DNA of 63,707 bases, filler included, from Cercozoa sp. M6MM (Eukaryota; Protista; Endomyxa: Ascetosporea): NCBI GenBank assembly GCA_040357565.1. It is 6 parts of 6 records of this genome, joined end to end, with 100 filler letters (N's around TTAATTAATTAA, not from the genome) between each part and the next. Parts side by side here need not be neighbours in the genome. Positions count along the whole stretch, not along the records: positions 1 to 14,675 come from JBDODJ010000325.1; positions 14,776 to 31,934 come from JBDODJ010000270.1; 4 more parts are not named here. One strand, given 5' to 3'. The notes below the pieces were generated by a model. That model saw only the letters and a list, made by a program, of their open reading frames with translations. It made no database searches and was not told where the DNA came from. The translations under genes and the position numbers were made by a program. Positions within the stretch are counted from its first letter, which is position 1, and each line of letters begins with the position of its first letter. Of this stretch, positions 12,682-26,360 are shown piece by piece.

Positions 12682-12769
12682 TAAAGCAAGTTAGTTGTAC
12701 AGCTTCTGTGCCGTGGAGAAACCTGGCATGCCCTTCTCGATCAGGAAGGCCGTGATACCCTACTCACAT

Positions 12770-12867
<98 letters not shown>

Positions 12868-14584
12868 CTAAAACCACCAAGGGGGATTCATGTGTGAATT
12901 GCAAAAGATACCTCTCCAAATGGCGGCGAATCTCATTCCGCTGCTCCTTATAGGGCGTGATCACACCGATCTCAACTTGCTGCCGCTTCTTCTCTTCCTG
13001 CAGGCATGAGCGTATGGAGGTGGTGCACAACACAAGAAAACACGGATACACAGAGTGAACGGCGGTGCTGCGCCAACTGAAGCAGCTTTGCCACGAACTT
13101 TGCCTCCTCCTTGTTGTACCTACGATGTGGCGCCAATGGATATGCATACCATTGATTTCGCGTGTACTCAATCAAGTGATAGATAAGGAAGAACGCACGT
13201 AGATGTGCCGCGCCTCTGCTCCTGTCCGCGCAGGTCGAAGAATGCGAAGGGCAGCAGCGGCTCTTGCGCGAGCCACGGCAGTGACTGCATCACTGACGAG
13301 TGATTGCGCAGTGCACCACCGTAGAACTGACGGTTTGGCCTGCATGGTCATATAATGGGTAGTTGCAGCGGGTACAGTCGCAAGTGGGGACAATGGGTAC
13401 CAAGCACTGATCTCCGGTCGCATTCGGTATTGGATCGTGAGCAACTGGACGTCTAGTCAGATGGGGGTGACTGGGTAACAGAGGGAACGAACAGTGAGTA
13501 CCAGTGCCGAGTCGCTGCAGTCGCTCAAACAGCGAGCGTTCAAGGTTGCGTCTACATGCACAATGTAAATGCAAAAAAACCAGGCGTTCACACCACAGTG
13601 AAAATGAACACACTTGTAGTCTGACTCGAGTGCGAACACAGTCGGCGGCAACTGTCGAGGATCACCGACCAGCAAACAAGCACGAACGTTGTACTACACA
13701 AGAGAGAGGTGTCACACATGGAATGCCAGGGGGTAAAAGCTAAACATAACACACCTGCAACGGAATGAGCGTTTCCATTTCCGTGCTTTGTGCAGCCTCA
13801 TCAACAACGACAAAATCAAAAGCAACGTCGCTGCTGGCTCTCTGCAGGTCACAAAGATCATATCGGAAACAACGGTGAGTGACGCTGCGGTACCAGCGTG
13901 TGCAACCGTCGCGATCTGCGCCACCACTCGCGAAGTTCGCTGCCGCCAGCGCCACTCAGCTGTCGTTGCACATACGTAACGTTCAAATAGATTCGTACAA
14001 ACTGAATAAACGGATACAGTGCAGAAGACGACTTCGGCGTCATCGACAAAGGAGAAGGCGAGCGCGCGTCGTGCACCTCTCTCGTCTTGGTACCTGTGCA
14101 TAGTCAAGGAGGTGCAACCAAACACAGGACACTCGTTTGTCTGATCTATTGTACAGTGCATTGAGACGTTCTAGCAGCACTTTGTAGTGCGCGCGCTGCT
14201 CTGCCGCCGCCACGTAGCTGTTCGATCGGTACAGTGTATGGTATACTAGTGACATTGAACTGTGCGATAGAGTACGCAGCAATGAAGCGCTGTGTTTCGG
14301 CGTTCTTGCCGACGAGCGCTCCCCGCAGCTGTCGCCTTCTCTGTGAACACGAACGAATAAAGTGTTAAAAGAGTAATGTTGCATAGTGGGACCTCAGCAA
14401 AAACGTGCTCGGCATGCTGCAGCTTTTGTTTTGTCGTTGCGACACTGCGCGCCAGTTCTGCCGGTCTCTAAGGGGAGAACAGCAGTAAAAGTAAACCAAG
14501 ACAACACAGATATGAGTCTAGTATATACCTCGCGCAATTTAAGAAAATTGTCCACTTGGGTCGACAGTGAAATCACAGACACCT
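11390..14584 (-). CDS. SF1 UPF1/SEN1-family helicase (senataxin-like), C-terminal part; N-terminus lost at contig break
   Basis: Motifs in order: VVFCTLSGAG, FDFVVVDEAAQSTEMETLIPL, LVGDPRQLPPTV, SLFERL, LTIQYRMRPEIS, YNKEEA, IGVITPYKEQ, TVDFFQGREKDIIVLSCVRS, GFVADVRRLNVAITRAK; then a Q/P/RG-rich tail. Confidence 0.9.
12535..12634. other. Scaffold gap (100 N) inside a (CA)n/(TG)n intron of the helicase
   Basis: Plain N run; the helicase continues on both sides. Confidence 0.95.
12770..12867. repeat. (CA)n microsatellite in intron
   Basis: About 48 CA units. Similar tracts at 12495-12680, 14610-14675, 18020-18094, 31902-31934, 60443-60553 and 63668-63707. Confidence 0.95.
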
Positions 14585-14621
14585 GCATGCACGTGTTGCA
14601 ATCGACACGCACACACACACA

Positions 14622-14675
<54 letters not shown>

Positions 14676-14775
14676 NNNNNNNNNNNNNNNNNNNNNNNNN
14701 NNNNNNNNNNNNNNNNNNNTTAATTAATTAANNNNNNNNNNNNNNNNNNNNNNNNNNNNNNNNNNNNNNNNNNNN
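14676..14775. other. Artificial contig-join linker N44-TTAATTAATTAA-N44
   Basis: The 12-mer at 14720-14731 has stops in all six frames; the identical construct occurs at five sites. Confidence 0.95.
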
Positions 14776-14828
14776 CTGCGCGCTCTCTCATTTGATTGGT
14801 TGCAGCCTTTGATTGGACTTGTTATACC

Positions 14829-17800
14829 TGGTGCAGAGTGTCAGTCTTAAGGGAGGCAGCGAGCACTGCAAGCACCGTCAACTAATAGTACACTCACATC
14901 TTGATGTCCATACTGAGGAGCGACAACTGCTAAAGTACATACCCAGATGACTCCGACAGTGAGACGGGCGCGGTATTCGCTTCTCACGGTCGAGTCGTTA
15001 CCACAACTACAAAAACGACCACGTGTGAAGGGGCAGAAGGTATCAACGCAATGAGTTCGTCGTACCTTTTGCACAAATACGACCCGGCAGAGAAGTGTTG
15101 TTCTTCACAGGAAACGCAGGCTGTTCCCGTGTAACCAGGTCTGCACGAGGAGGAGTCTTGATCCAGGTGTTCATGGAGTAACTTTAACATTTCGAAGGAA
15201 ACGTACGCACAACGACGAGTGAAGAAACGGCCGGTTTCCTTCGAAATGTTGCTCAAGTCGAAGGGAGTCCCTGCTTGAGCTTAAACATGCAAAGCACAAC
15301 ACATGTGTTGTTGTTGTAAGCGACAACGCACCAGGACATGCGTCAGGGTTTGGACACCTTCGTCAGATGTAGTCACTATAAGAGTTCATACTCGCGAATA
15401 AAAGAAGTGAGGTACGGCATTGGCGCAACGTCATCGGCGGCACTCCAGCATCCCTGTGCGCATGCAATTGTTCTGTGGACACACGTTTTGTCTGTGTGGA
15501 TGCAGTGTGGATACAGGCAGCGGCAAGACGAGACTGACACCGACGAGAGGACACACAGCGCATGATGGACACGGCACGCACCTCTGCAGTGCCGTGTCTA
15601 ACAAAGGCTGCCTCTGCGAGCACCCACTCCTGCCGGTCGAGTCGACAGCAGCAACTACACTGCGCTGCCGCAGGCGTGGCCACCGGATCACACTGTGCTG
15701 GTGTGCAGTGACACGTTGCAGGGCAGGCGACTCAAAAACGGCCTCGATCGTGACGGCGCTCTCATTGTCGTTGCTGTGGAGAAATCTGCGTCGCTGCGTG
15801 TACTCGACAGTGTGCTCGATCGGACCAGTTAGAGTCACGTCCATTGTGTCCTCTTGCACGACGGCGGAGTCGACTGTGACTCGCCATGACTAAGTTTACG
15901 TACGTTTACAAGGTAAGAGTGTGGGGGCATTCTGGGGTGGGAGAGGGGAGGGGTAGCAGTACCAGAGTGCCAGTGTAGCGAGTGTCGCTGCCAAGTGTCA
16001 AGTGGAACAGGCGCGTCTGCTGAGCCTCACGCGGGTGCTCCTGCTGCAGCAGCGACATGTCGCTTCTCTCCTCCACTCGAATCGACAGTGCTGCGTCTCC
16101 GATCTGTCCCCCACATACATACCTTCATGCCCCATAGACACTTAGATGTAAGGCACTACCGGCAACACAGCGTTTGCGTTAATGTGACCCCACGTGGTAT
16201 CAATGATCCAGGTGTTGACTACTGCACCGTCAGCAATGATAGGTACGTGTACACGCACATGTTGTCCAGCGCACTGCTGCTGAGCAGGCGCATGGTACTC
16301 GAGGGTCACGTGCAGTTCCTCACTTGCGTTTCTGCCATTGCCACACATACAGTTCTGGGCAGACAAACCACAAGTCTAACCATATTAAGCTCGGTCCTAC
16401 AGGAGGGAAGTGGACTTGAGCAGAGGCATACAGGCCGTGACTGTCTCGACTCGCGCACCGCCGATGGAATATGCCATGTCACTGGAGACACCATTGTTTC
16501 TTGCAAGTATGCACTTGAGTCACAAAATGACTGACTGGTACCTCGCAGAAGGCAGCAGCTGACTGCGAAAGTGACTCAGAATGTTGCCTACAAGTAGTTG
16601 TCCTATACTCAAGACAAAAAGCGCGATACTAAAGTTACCAGTGACCGCAACAACATGCGTCGGTGAGTGCACCGCACTGGCACCCTTGCAGACGGCCTGT
16701 AGCTGTAGTGTGTCGCACATAACAGCAGCAGGAACAGAGAGGCCGTGCTCCTCGAGAGTGCAGGGGTCGCACAGGACGACAGAATCGTTGCAGCGGGCAC
16801 GTATCAGGTACCGCAGCGGCAGAGAGACGTCGTGTGCTATCTCCATGTGACCGCCCCGGATGAGTATAGGTGACACCGTCCAATGCATGTTTCCTGTCGT
16901 TGTGGTCACTGCTGCATCGACGTCGATTGTCACTTGGTCGATCGGGACAGATGGTCGGATAGGGAGTGTCATGCGTCGGGCTCCCTCAATGAGTACTCCG
17001 TATCCCGCAGGTTGCACAGTGCCAACCACCTCGCCGCCGAAGCAAGCTTGCCACGCTGCCTGTAGACCCTCCACACGCAGTTCCATCAGGAGCACTCTTA
17101 TCTGAGTTCTCGCAGTGTCGACTCGCTGCCGATCCAGTAACTGCAGCACCACAGTGGGAGCACTGGCTTCCTCCTGTGGCACCAGCACGTGCTGCACAAT
17201 GTCGCACATGTCACTCACTGGGAACAAGGCGTCCTGCGACTCTGTCGGCGTAGGGGACTCCTGTGCTGTCCACGTGGCTCGCTCTTCGTCTCTGTCAGCA
17301 CGTAGTGGGTGCCTTAAAAATAGATACACAACAAAAGGGGAGAGGTGAGTCTACACAGCGGCGATCGCGACGAGTGCCTTCACCTGGAGAGTCGCCAGTG
17401 TCGCACTCGCCACCACCAGGTGTCCGTCTTCATGACAACGTGCACGCACGCGTTGTTGCACTGTTTCAACTGACAGCTGTGCGAATGGCGTTGTTGTTCG
17501 GTACACTTGTCGTTCTGTCAGACACACATACATTACTGTTAAATCTACACACTACTGAGTGACAACTACAGGCCGCACCGACAGAGTTTCCCAGACTAAA
17601 GTCGAAGTACACGTCTGCAACACTGCAAACGCACACAACAGCACACTGTGGATTGCCAGGGAATGCTTTAGTTGTGACAAGTCTGGGATGTGTGGTACTG
17701 GTCAAGTTGTTTCGAGAGTTGACGGAGGCACAGTAGTCCACATTGCCACGGAGTCTCTCCCGCCAGTGTAGCTCCCTGACCTGTCCGGTGCTCCAAGTGC

Positions 17801-18039
17801 ACACCCAACGGAACCACGAGGTGCGATCCTTCAAGAAACTGATTGAGTGGTGCCAACAGTGCTGCCGCCAACTCGCGTCGTGAACCACTAAAGTCTACAG
17901 CTGCACTTTTCTGTCGCAGTTGCACGTCGAATTCGAACCTCTGTTAAATAAGAGAGAGTTAACAAGCGTAAGCGCAGTCTAAATTTAAACTAGTTGAGTC
18001 AAAGTGTTGTGTGGGAGTGTGTGTGAGTGCGTGTGTGTG

Positions 18040-18095
<56 letters not shown>

Positions 18096-19170
18096 GCCAC
18101 CTGCAGCCAAGAAGCATCGCGCGCCAGGAGACTGCAGCCGCCGTCGCGAACAGTTCGACCGCCGCTCAGCTGCCGAGGAGAAGAAATTAAGGCCCGCTTG
18201 CCCACTGCTTCCTGGAGTGCCACTGCTTCTGCTCTCGCCTAAAGCAAGGTTCAGTTGGACACTTTACTGGCAAGTGCAAAGACAGAATAGAAACACACCT
18301 CGCGCTCGCGTTTCAAACCCTTCCTGGCGGAGGGTATCACACTCGGGAAGGGAAAGGCCAGTACGGACCACTCGTGAATATCGGCGATCGAATCAAAGCG
18401 TCCCGTCGCTGAATTCGGTTCTCGCTTGAAGAACCTGTTCAGTCTGCGCACAGATGATCCACTCACTCCTTTTTTTGCTGATCGGGAACTGGCGCATACC
18501 CAATCACAGGATGTGTGGGCATGTGGTTGTGCCGATGAAAGCGACACTCGATCGTCGTTGACTTGTAGGAGAAAAAGAAGTTCTGGTTTCTGAACAGATA
18601 CTCCTGTAAGTTTTGCGCCACCACCAATTCAATCACCGAAACAGAGCCCCACCCTCCAGATCCGGAGTCTGTTGAAAATTCGCGGTGTTCGTGGTCCCAA
18701 CAGCGACCATTCTGACACCGCAGGCCCGCCAAGGAATGCGAACGGCGCTCCCTTGTCGTCAACTCGGACACTTGTCCCTTCTTTCGGCTGGTCTCTTGCA
18801 GGGCCACGAAAGAGAAAGCAAAGTGATCGACAGCGTTCGTTGTCGCGTATTCGGCCGGCCGAGTCTCTTCTTCGTGCTTCTCCACAAACAGGTTGGTATT
18901 GCCTGTCAGTGCGTTCTTCTGCTCTTCCATTCTCGGCACTTTGGCTCGGTCGAAGGTGACTCCAGCGGCGACATCCACCGACTTCACAACGTTCGATACT
19001 CGAATGTAGGTGCATTTAGGTGCACCATCAAAAAACGCAAGTCTTCGCGCAGAACCACTCTTGCTGCCAATTCCACTGCCGTTTGCGAGGTTAACGCTTG
19101 CACAAAGCAAGACGAGGACAACTCGCAAGAAAAGCCGACGCGAAGCAAGTTTCCGCCAATGCTGAGGCAT
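14829..19170 (-). CDS. Large probable cell-surface protein: signal peptide, long ectodomain, Cys-rich (EGF/ephrin-receptor-like) module, then a hydrophobic span; truncated at contig end
   Basis: N-terminal hydrophobic stretch LFLRVVLVLLCASVNLANG; distal QRCVPCPSCAVCP and CRPGYTGTACVSCEEQHFSAGSYLCKSC followed by LTVGVIWVLLAA. That all exons form one gene is inferred. Confidence 0.5.
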
Positions 19171-19580
19171 GACTCTGCACCCCACGCACGTGTGCTGAAC
19201 GGCGCGGAACAGACTGTGAGGGCTCGCTGCGCAGGCGAGAGCAGAACCACGCGCCCAGCATTCATTTCAGAACCGAGCACACGCCCGCGTGTCCAACAGT
19301 AACACATGCCACTCCGCAATCGGATTTTCTGGATTTACAAACTCAAAGTGCCAGTCGAGTGCGAACTGTCGTGTCGACGGGACCTTTGAAGAAACTGAAC
19401 TATACTCGACTGACGTGATTAATTAAGTGATATTCGACAGCGCTCGCTTTGCCGAACCGAGTACTGTACCGTATATTTATTAGTTGACACGACAGCAAAG
19501 CGCAAACAAGCAACTCGCGTCGAACGAAGCAACGCAATGCGACGACATATGATCGCCAAACCGGAGAGTCGTAAGAAGTG

Positions 19581-21017
19581 TCACAAGAGGCCACCGGCTC
19601 GCAAACTTTGCTTGATCAGGATGTCCTTCACAGCATTGAAAACATGTGCTACATTTCCGGTGTCCGTCGCACAAGTGATCTGCAAGCAGACACTCATATG
19701 TACGCGTGTAATCAATAAAACTGCCGTGAATGTGAGGGGAAAAATTAAACTTACGTGCGTGTAAATCTCTTTGTCTTGCTTGTTTCGCATCTCGAACTGC
19801 TCTCGAATGAATTCACACCCTGACTCGTAATCTTGTACTCCGTCGTAGTCTGGCCAGCACGTCGTGAGCGGCACTTTTCGAATCTTTTCCTCGAACAGAT
19901 CGCGCTTGTTCAAGAAAAGAACGATTGAAGTCTCAAGGAACCAACGAGAGTTGCAGATCTCGTCGAAGAGGTTGAGCGCTTCAATCATTCGGTTCGTGGT
20001 CTCATCTAAGCATCAATGACCAAGAATGACAAAGGTCGGTGCACGCATGGTAGTCACATCACCTTCGTACAGCACTTGATCGTATTCCGAAATGGCAGCG
20101 ACGAAGAGAACGCAGGTTACGTTCTCAAACTTAACAATGAAAGCGATCCAGATCAAAAGAGTATGCACAACAACATCGCCAGAAGGTAAACTGACACAGT
20201 GTATCCACTTCTTTCGCTCGTTTCGTTGGCCACCGACGTCGAACATCTTAAAATGGTTGCCTTCAATCTCGAAATTCGTCTCGACAATTCCAGTTGTTCT
20301 CACGCGCGAGCGAAGCACATCTTGTTCAGACGGAATGTAGTCGTCCTTTTCGATATCGTCGATCCGCTCAAAGAAAAACTGGCCGCTGCCAAGGTCAAAA
20401 TACTGTCATTATACTATTTCAAGGTGAAAGTTGGAACTGTACCTGTCTGGAAACTGGAAGTGAGCACGTTCCTCGAAGGTAGCTTGAATTCCTTCATCGG
20501 CCCACAGGATTCTGACGTACTCGCCGACAGTGGAATTGATTTCAGCGTCAATCTTCAACTCTTCAATCGCTTTCTTCGCTTCTTCGGCGCCCTCTCGAAT
20601 CTTTGTGTCGTGTCCTTTTTCGGCGAAAGCATCACTCATTTCGCAAAGAGTCTTCATCGCAGTGATCACGTTGTTGTAGATAATGTCTACAAAAGATACT
20701 GACTAACAGGAACGCAATACTCTATCTGGCAACGATACCCGTGTATCCCTTTCGTTCTTCCTCTGGATAACCTTTGCCGTACAACGTGATCATTTGTTTG
20801 AACAAAGTGGACTTGCCTGCACGCGCAAATTAAACGAAGAACAAAGCAAAAAAAAAAAAAAAAAAAAACGGTGTAAACCTGATTCGCCAGCACCAAGAAG
20901 TAGCAACTTCTTCAAGGCTTCGTCTGCTTCCTGTTCTGCCTGGATATTTTTTTCCATCTCTTTCGACCTGGCCATCTCAGCTCGCTCTTCGTCGGTTAAA
21001 TTTCGACCCAAGCACAT
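19581..21017 (-). CDS. Heterotrimeric G-protein alpha subunit
   Basis: [64 protein letters not shown], ending GGLL*; 6 GT-AG introns traced in frame. Confidence 0.98.
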
Positions 21018-21493
21018 GCTTGAGAGTTTTTCTCCTTGCGAAACAGTGCGAGGTGCTCAGCTACGAAAACAGACTCCTTGCTTCTGGATGCAGATACTAG
21101 CGACTAAAGCGCACACTAGTCCCGTCAATGAGGTCTACGGGTGGCCAATGGCACATCCTGGGCTGGCCCAATGTCCGCGCTGACCAGCATGATTGAACAA
21201 GATTGACGACTCGCCCAGTGACCGAGAAATCTCGTGCTCCAGGTAAAAACACAAAGTATTGCCACGAGCTGCGTTTACCTGCTTGTTCCGGTTAATTAAA
21301 ATCCCATAATGCTCAGCACAACATGATGTAAGAGAACTCCCCGATACACAATCATTGAGCCGACACCGCCCCTGAAGCGAAATCGATCGAGCTGATTTTT
21401 GTGAGTTTCACCTGAGCGGTGCGTAGTGAAGAGCGGTGCTGTGAAAATACAAAATTAATAGCATTGGAGCGACTGAAAGCGTAAAAGGCGGCG

Positions 21494-22811
21494 ATGATGA
21501 ACACGCCAGGATTTGGGGCGCTCCCATCCGATCACCAAGGTTCGTCCTTTTGTATTTTCTGGTGTTGTTGTTGTCCTTTATCCGTACGGTCTCATTCTGT
21601 GAGCAGATACTATGGAGTTCTCGGAGTTGCCCTCGTCGTTCAGTGCAGTGGGCGATATAGGCGAGCACGACATGATGAGCATGTCGCCGATGTTTGGACC
21701 GAAGCGACGCAAAACGCTTGGAGGTCACGTGCACACCCAGTTGCCGCTGGACGCACCCGACCACCACCGCCATCACCACGATTCGCACGACGAGTTCCAC
21801 CATCGGCACGACGAGCACCACCAGCACGCACACGAGCAGCACAGCGAGCACCAGCAGCAGCAGCAGTATCACCAGATAGAGCACCATCAGCACCAGCAGT
21901 ACCAACGCGAACACGACCACAATAGTCCACACATGCATCCAGAGGCCAGCATGCACACTGTCAGTGAACAGCATCCACAGCAGCCGCACGAGACTCAAGA
22001 AAGCGAGTCACAGCCAGACAGCGGTGGTGTGCCACTCGACGGGCCAGGTGTCGCTGTCGAAAGCAGCCACAACGACGACAACGACAACGACGACGACGAC
22101 GACAACAACGACGACGACGACGACGAGTTTGTCGTTCCAAAGCAGGTGAGTTGTTTCCACAGTGTACTCGGTGTACTCTCTGATCCGTCCCTTTACAGGT
22201 GGAAGAGGCCGCACGCGCCGAGGCACTGGCGCGCATGGAGGAGCGTGCACGCGAGAAGGAGCACACGGAGGAGATGCCGCACGGTCCCTTGTGTGGGGCC
22301 TTTCGGATTGTGACGCGACTGAGTCAGACGACTTTCCACAACGATCAGATTCCCCTCACGCTGGGTCGCGATCACAGTGCGCGACGGCAGGACCGGCACT
22401 TCCACGCCATCGTGCAGAGCGGCGACAAGAGCGTCTCGCGCTCGCACCTCGAGATCGACTGGAGTCAGCAACGTGGCTACACTCTCGTCTGTTGGAGCAA
22501 GAACGGCATGGAAGTCGACGGCGCCGACTACGTGCCTTCGCAAGAGTCGCGAGAGGACGATGACCCGCCGTGCGTGCGCTTGCCTTTGGCGTACCTTGCC
22601 TTTGCACTGTTTCTCTTGGTTGCATGTACCTGTATAACCTGACTGTGCTGCTGTATCCTCACACAGCGACCTCACTCGCGTACGCATCGGTCGCGACACG
22701 GTGTTCTACTTCCAGCTGCCGCGTGGCCACTGCGACGAGGAACTGCAGATGCGCACCGAGCAGTCACTCCGCCAGCTGCGCGCTATCAAGAAACGCATTC
22801 GCTACTCGTGA
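21494..22811 (+). CDS. FHA-domain protein (Fhl1/FoxK-type FHA) with His/Gln- and Asp-rich N-terminal region
   Basis: LTLGRD...KSVSRSHLEIDW...WSKNGMEVDG...VRIGRDTVFYFQLP (GR, SxxH and NG FHA motifs); NLS-like PKRRK. Confidence 0.85.
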
Positions 22812-23133
22812 GCTCGAGCATATCGTCGCGTACCGTACTGTACGCTGACTACGTATACGATAGATACCTACCTTATCATACGGTATAGTCAGTTAGTTTA
22901 GTTTACGCGAGTCTCGTGACACTAGCGTAGAGCACCCAACCGGGGGAAATTGGCAAGCTGTGCTGTGCTGTACTTGACTAAGAGTATCAATCGAATTAGA
23001 TGGATGTGGCGGTCTTCGGCAGCATACTGTATGCATGTTGATCAATACCGACATCAAATAAAGCGAAGGATACATTGTTACACGCTGTGCAATACAGTAC
23101 TGCACTGTATGCATTTAATTCTCATGCATTACG

Positions 23134-23849
23134 TTAACTCCCTGAGCGGTAGCTCCGGCGAATGCGTGTCCGAACAGTGCGTCTGGAGCGCTTGCGACCT
23201 TTCATGTCAGTCACAATGCCTGCGCGTGAATCAATCAGCATGCATGTTGAACTGAATCTCACGAAAGAGCACACACCCTGTGCGTCGTCAAGGTCGTCGG
23301 ACAGTGCCATCAGTTTGTGTGATTGGTCTTCCACCTATGCATGGCATACGTCAGGTCAAAAGCGATTTACAACTATACAGCGTTCCGTAGATTACCGTGT
23401 TCTCGAGATGCTCGTTTTCAATTCGAAGCTCCTCCACCTCGTTCTGGAGTGCCTCCAGTTCGCTGGCCATGGCACGGTTTTCGTCCTCGAGTTCTTCCAT
23501 GTGATGTGTGACGCGCTCGTAGTCGCGCTCGACACGCGTGAGATCACGCATGCGATCCTTGAGGCTCTTCAGCTCATGCAGTGCAGCGTCCCCTTGCTCG
23601 GCACGAAGCGACAGCTCTTCGATCATGACAGCGTCTTTTCGCGCACGTCCTTCATAGTACTTGTGCATTCGAACCGCAATCTCCAGCAACTTGTCGACGT
23701 CAGCATGCTCCGCCCGAAGCATCATGTGCAGATTGTGGATGAACTGCCAAATAATCCAGGAGGCACTACATGTATCTAATTACTTTATCAGGAAAGAGAA
23801 GGGTTGGCGATACCCGCGCACTTTGCTCGTTTTGCGAGCTCCGGCCCAT
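23134..23849 (-). CDS. Small coiled-coil protein
   Basis: Exon 23351-23725 is E/L heptad-rich (HMEELEDENRAMASELEALQNEVEELRIENEHLE), with spliced downstream exons. Confidence 0.5.
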
Positions 23850-24099
23850 TCGCATCGTCGTCCGTTTCGTAGAGCTTCGGTAACGCATTGTCGGATGGTT
23901 AGCGATGCAGAGGCCACAGAAACTGAAGTTAGCGCACTGACTGGAGCCGGGGAGAGCGAGTTTTAAATCCGAAACAACGTACGTCAACCCCACGAGACTT
24001 TTCCAAATCTGTTAAAACTACCGGTTCTCGGAGAGTCTCAAACTGAATGATCAAAACTACCGACCGTACCTCTGTACAGCTACCGTAACTTTAGTGCGA

Positions 24100-25877
24100 A
24101 TGCCGTCTGCTCTCTCGTCCCAGAAACACCTGATCGCCAGCCTTTTCTTTCCTATCGAAGAAGTGCACGAGAGTCTAAAAGATGCTCAGAATATTATTGT
24201 ACCTTCGATGACTCGACTGCCGAGGCAAGAGAAATGCACGCACGAACTGCTTGGCTATTTTCCCGAACGCGTACACTTCAGATGCGTCCAACAAGGTGTC
24301 TGGAAAGCGAGTTTGGAATTTGCCATCCTAACGACTGAACTGCCGGGGGGGGGGGCAGAGAGTGTTAGGATACATGCGATTTGTGCTGCGAACGACGTTC
24401 GGATCCCGCTCCCAGGGTGCAAAAAAGAACAGCGACAAAAGAAAGTGGTTTCTCAGCAGTACCTGCGATCATTGCGAAGTGGCGGCGACTTTTCTCGATA
24501 CCTCCGATTTCCTGGGAGCAATCGTTACAGTTTCTTTTAAATTGAACAGAGATCATCGTTTTTTAAGGTATCGATACCATGAGAGCCCAAGGAGAAAGGA
24601 CCTGAAGGAAGGGAACCGAACTAAGAATGCTGCTAGTGAGTGCCATATCGTGGTCGGCATAAACGCTTGGAGCTGCTAGCCATGCCCAGACCTGGAAGAT
24701 GAGTCCAATTGTGTCTGCAGCAAGCAAACCATCACACACGTTTCCAGTTGCCCACCCCCCCCGAAATTAGACAGGAAGATTGCTCGAAAGAAACTTACAG
24801 ATCAGAAAGCAGCTGATGCAAAAACCAGCCCAACGATTGAAAAACTCCACACGACTGCGCGACCTCGGAGAAGGTGCATCTCGCGCGAAGTCGTCCTGGA
24901 GGACAGGTGCGACGATTTAAACTCATATATTGATTGCGAGACTAAGTTTTACGTGTGTCACCGTGCCAAAGTGTGTTTGAGTGGGATGCGCCGATGAACG
25001 TGGCTGCTGCAGCGCGAACCGACGGCCTGCTTGCTCTTTTGGTAGCAAAGCTGCCACTGGAGGGCCCGACGAAAGGCCTAGGTTGCGAGGACCCTGGAAA
25101 TAAATCGGACTGGTTTGTTGTAGCCAAATGGCTTCACGTCTTGCCTCCAGCTCAGCAACAGGCACTGTTTGTTGCAGCCACTGTGGTTGTTGCATTTTGG
25201 GTACAGGCGCTGCGCCTCGCGCATTCTACATGCAGTGATAAATGGCTAGTGACGTGCCTCTGGTTTTCTGCTTTCGGATCGCAACTTCCCGAATCAGTTC
25301 AAGTCTTCAACTGACATACTAAAGTTTTATCGTAACTTCGGCCCGCAGTCAGGCATCGACTGACACAGTGTTAGTAAATTTAGTCCGAAGCACCCTTCAC
25401 ATCGCTTCGGGCTCCTCGAATCACAATCACCCCAATGGCAAATGCAACAAACACAATGCAAAGATAGCAGGTTGCTAGAATCCCGATCAAGTAGCCACGT
25501 CGCTTCATTTGTCGGTGTCGTTCAACCTGTTGCAACTAGCCGGGGAGGTAATCAGACTGTCAAGCCGGACCCAAGCCCAAGGTGTAATCAGAAACCTGGA
25601 ATCGCGTTTCCAAAATCTGTGCTTCCGTCCGAGGTGCTCGCATGGAAGGTGCCCGCAAAACAGGTCTCGTACCGACTGAAGCGACCGCTTCATCGCTGCT
25701 GTGTCGTCGGTTGCCAGCGGGTCTGATCATCGACGAACGGCCACGCGTCGGCGGCAAGGAGCGCGACCTTGTGGCTCTCGGTGAAGTGTCGACAGGACGT
25801 AGGGTTGCCACTGAGACGTCTCTTGAAATAACGCCGGCGTCTGACAAATCCATAAAAGTCCGACCATGGAGATGCAT
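24100..25877 (-). CDS. Possible low-complexity hypothetical gene (boundaries unresolved)
   Basis: Successive minus-strand S/R/P-rich ORFs (25560-25877, 24923-25195); no family recognised. Confidence 0.25.
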
Positions 25878-26360
25878 GTGCCTGCAAATAGAGATTTACA
25901 GCCTCGATCATTAAATACAGCTTTGATTATAAAACGCTGGTTCAGCACCTTAAAGCACCTTCTATCTCAAGCATTCTTGCGTGCGATGGCCGAAGAGGGT
26001 TCTGAATTAAAGTGAAACCACATTTAATCCAGGAGAGGTAATTTACCGCACCCTGGGGCACCCCGCGAAAAAACCTGATGGAACCTCAAGGAAAACTGAC
26101 CTCTGGCTCCTGCTGCAGCATGCCGGGTATAGTTGATTCGAGTGAGGCCAATTGCTGAGTAGACCACATTTTCTACTACGACTGTCAATTTAGTATACAT
26201 TTACTGCAACTCGAGCATTTTTCAGCAGTTTCTGCGCCACGTCGCGTGACAAAAATATACTAAATTTAGACGGTCGACTATACTCTTTTCGGCTTCTTAC
26301 AGTAATTTACAAGTTACACAGCGAACCCCATCGATATCCTCTTGACCAATTGCAACCTTG

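Noticed and set aside
12372-12953. HTHTHT / CVCVCV / ERERER / PLPLYP ORFs in the ORF track
   Set aside because: Translations of intronic microsatellites, here and at the other repeat tracts.
14720-14731. TTAATTAATTAA palindrome recurring five times as a possible biological element
   Set aside because: Always centred in exactly 100 nt with 44 N on each side: a synthetic six-frame-stop contig linker.
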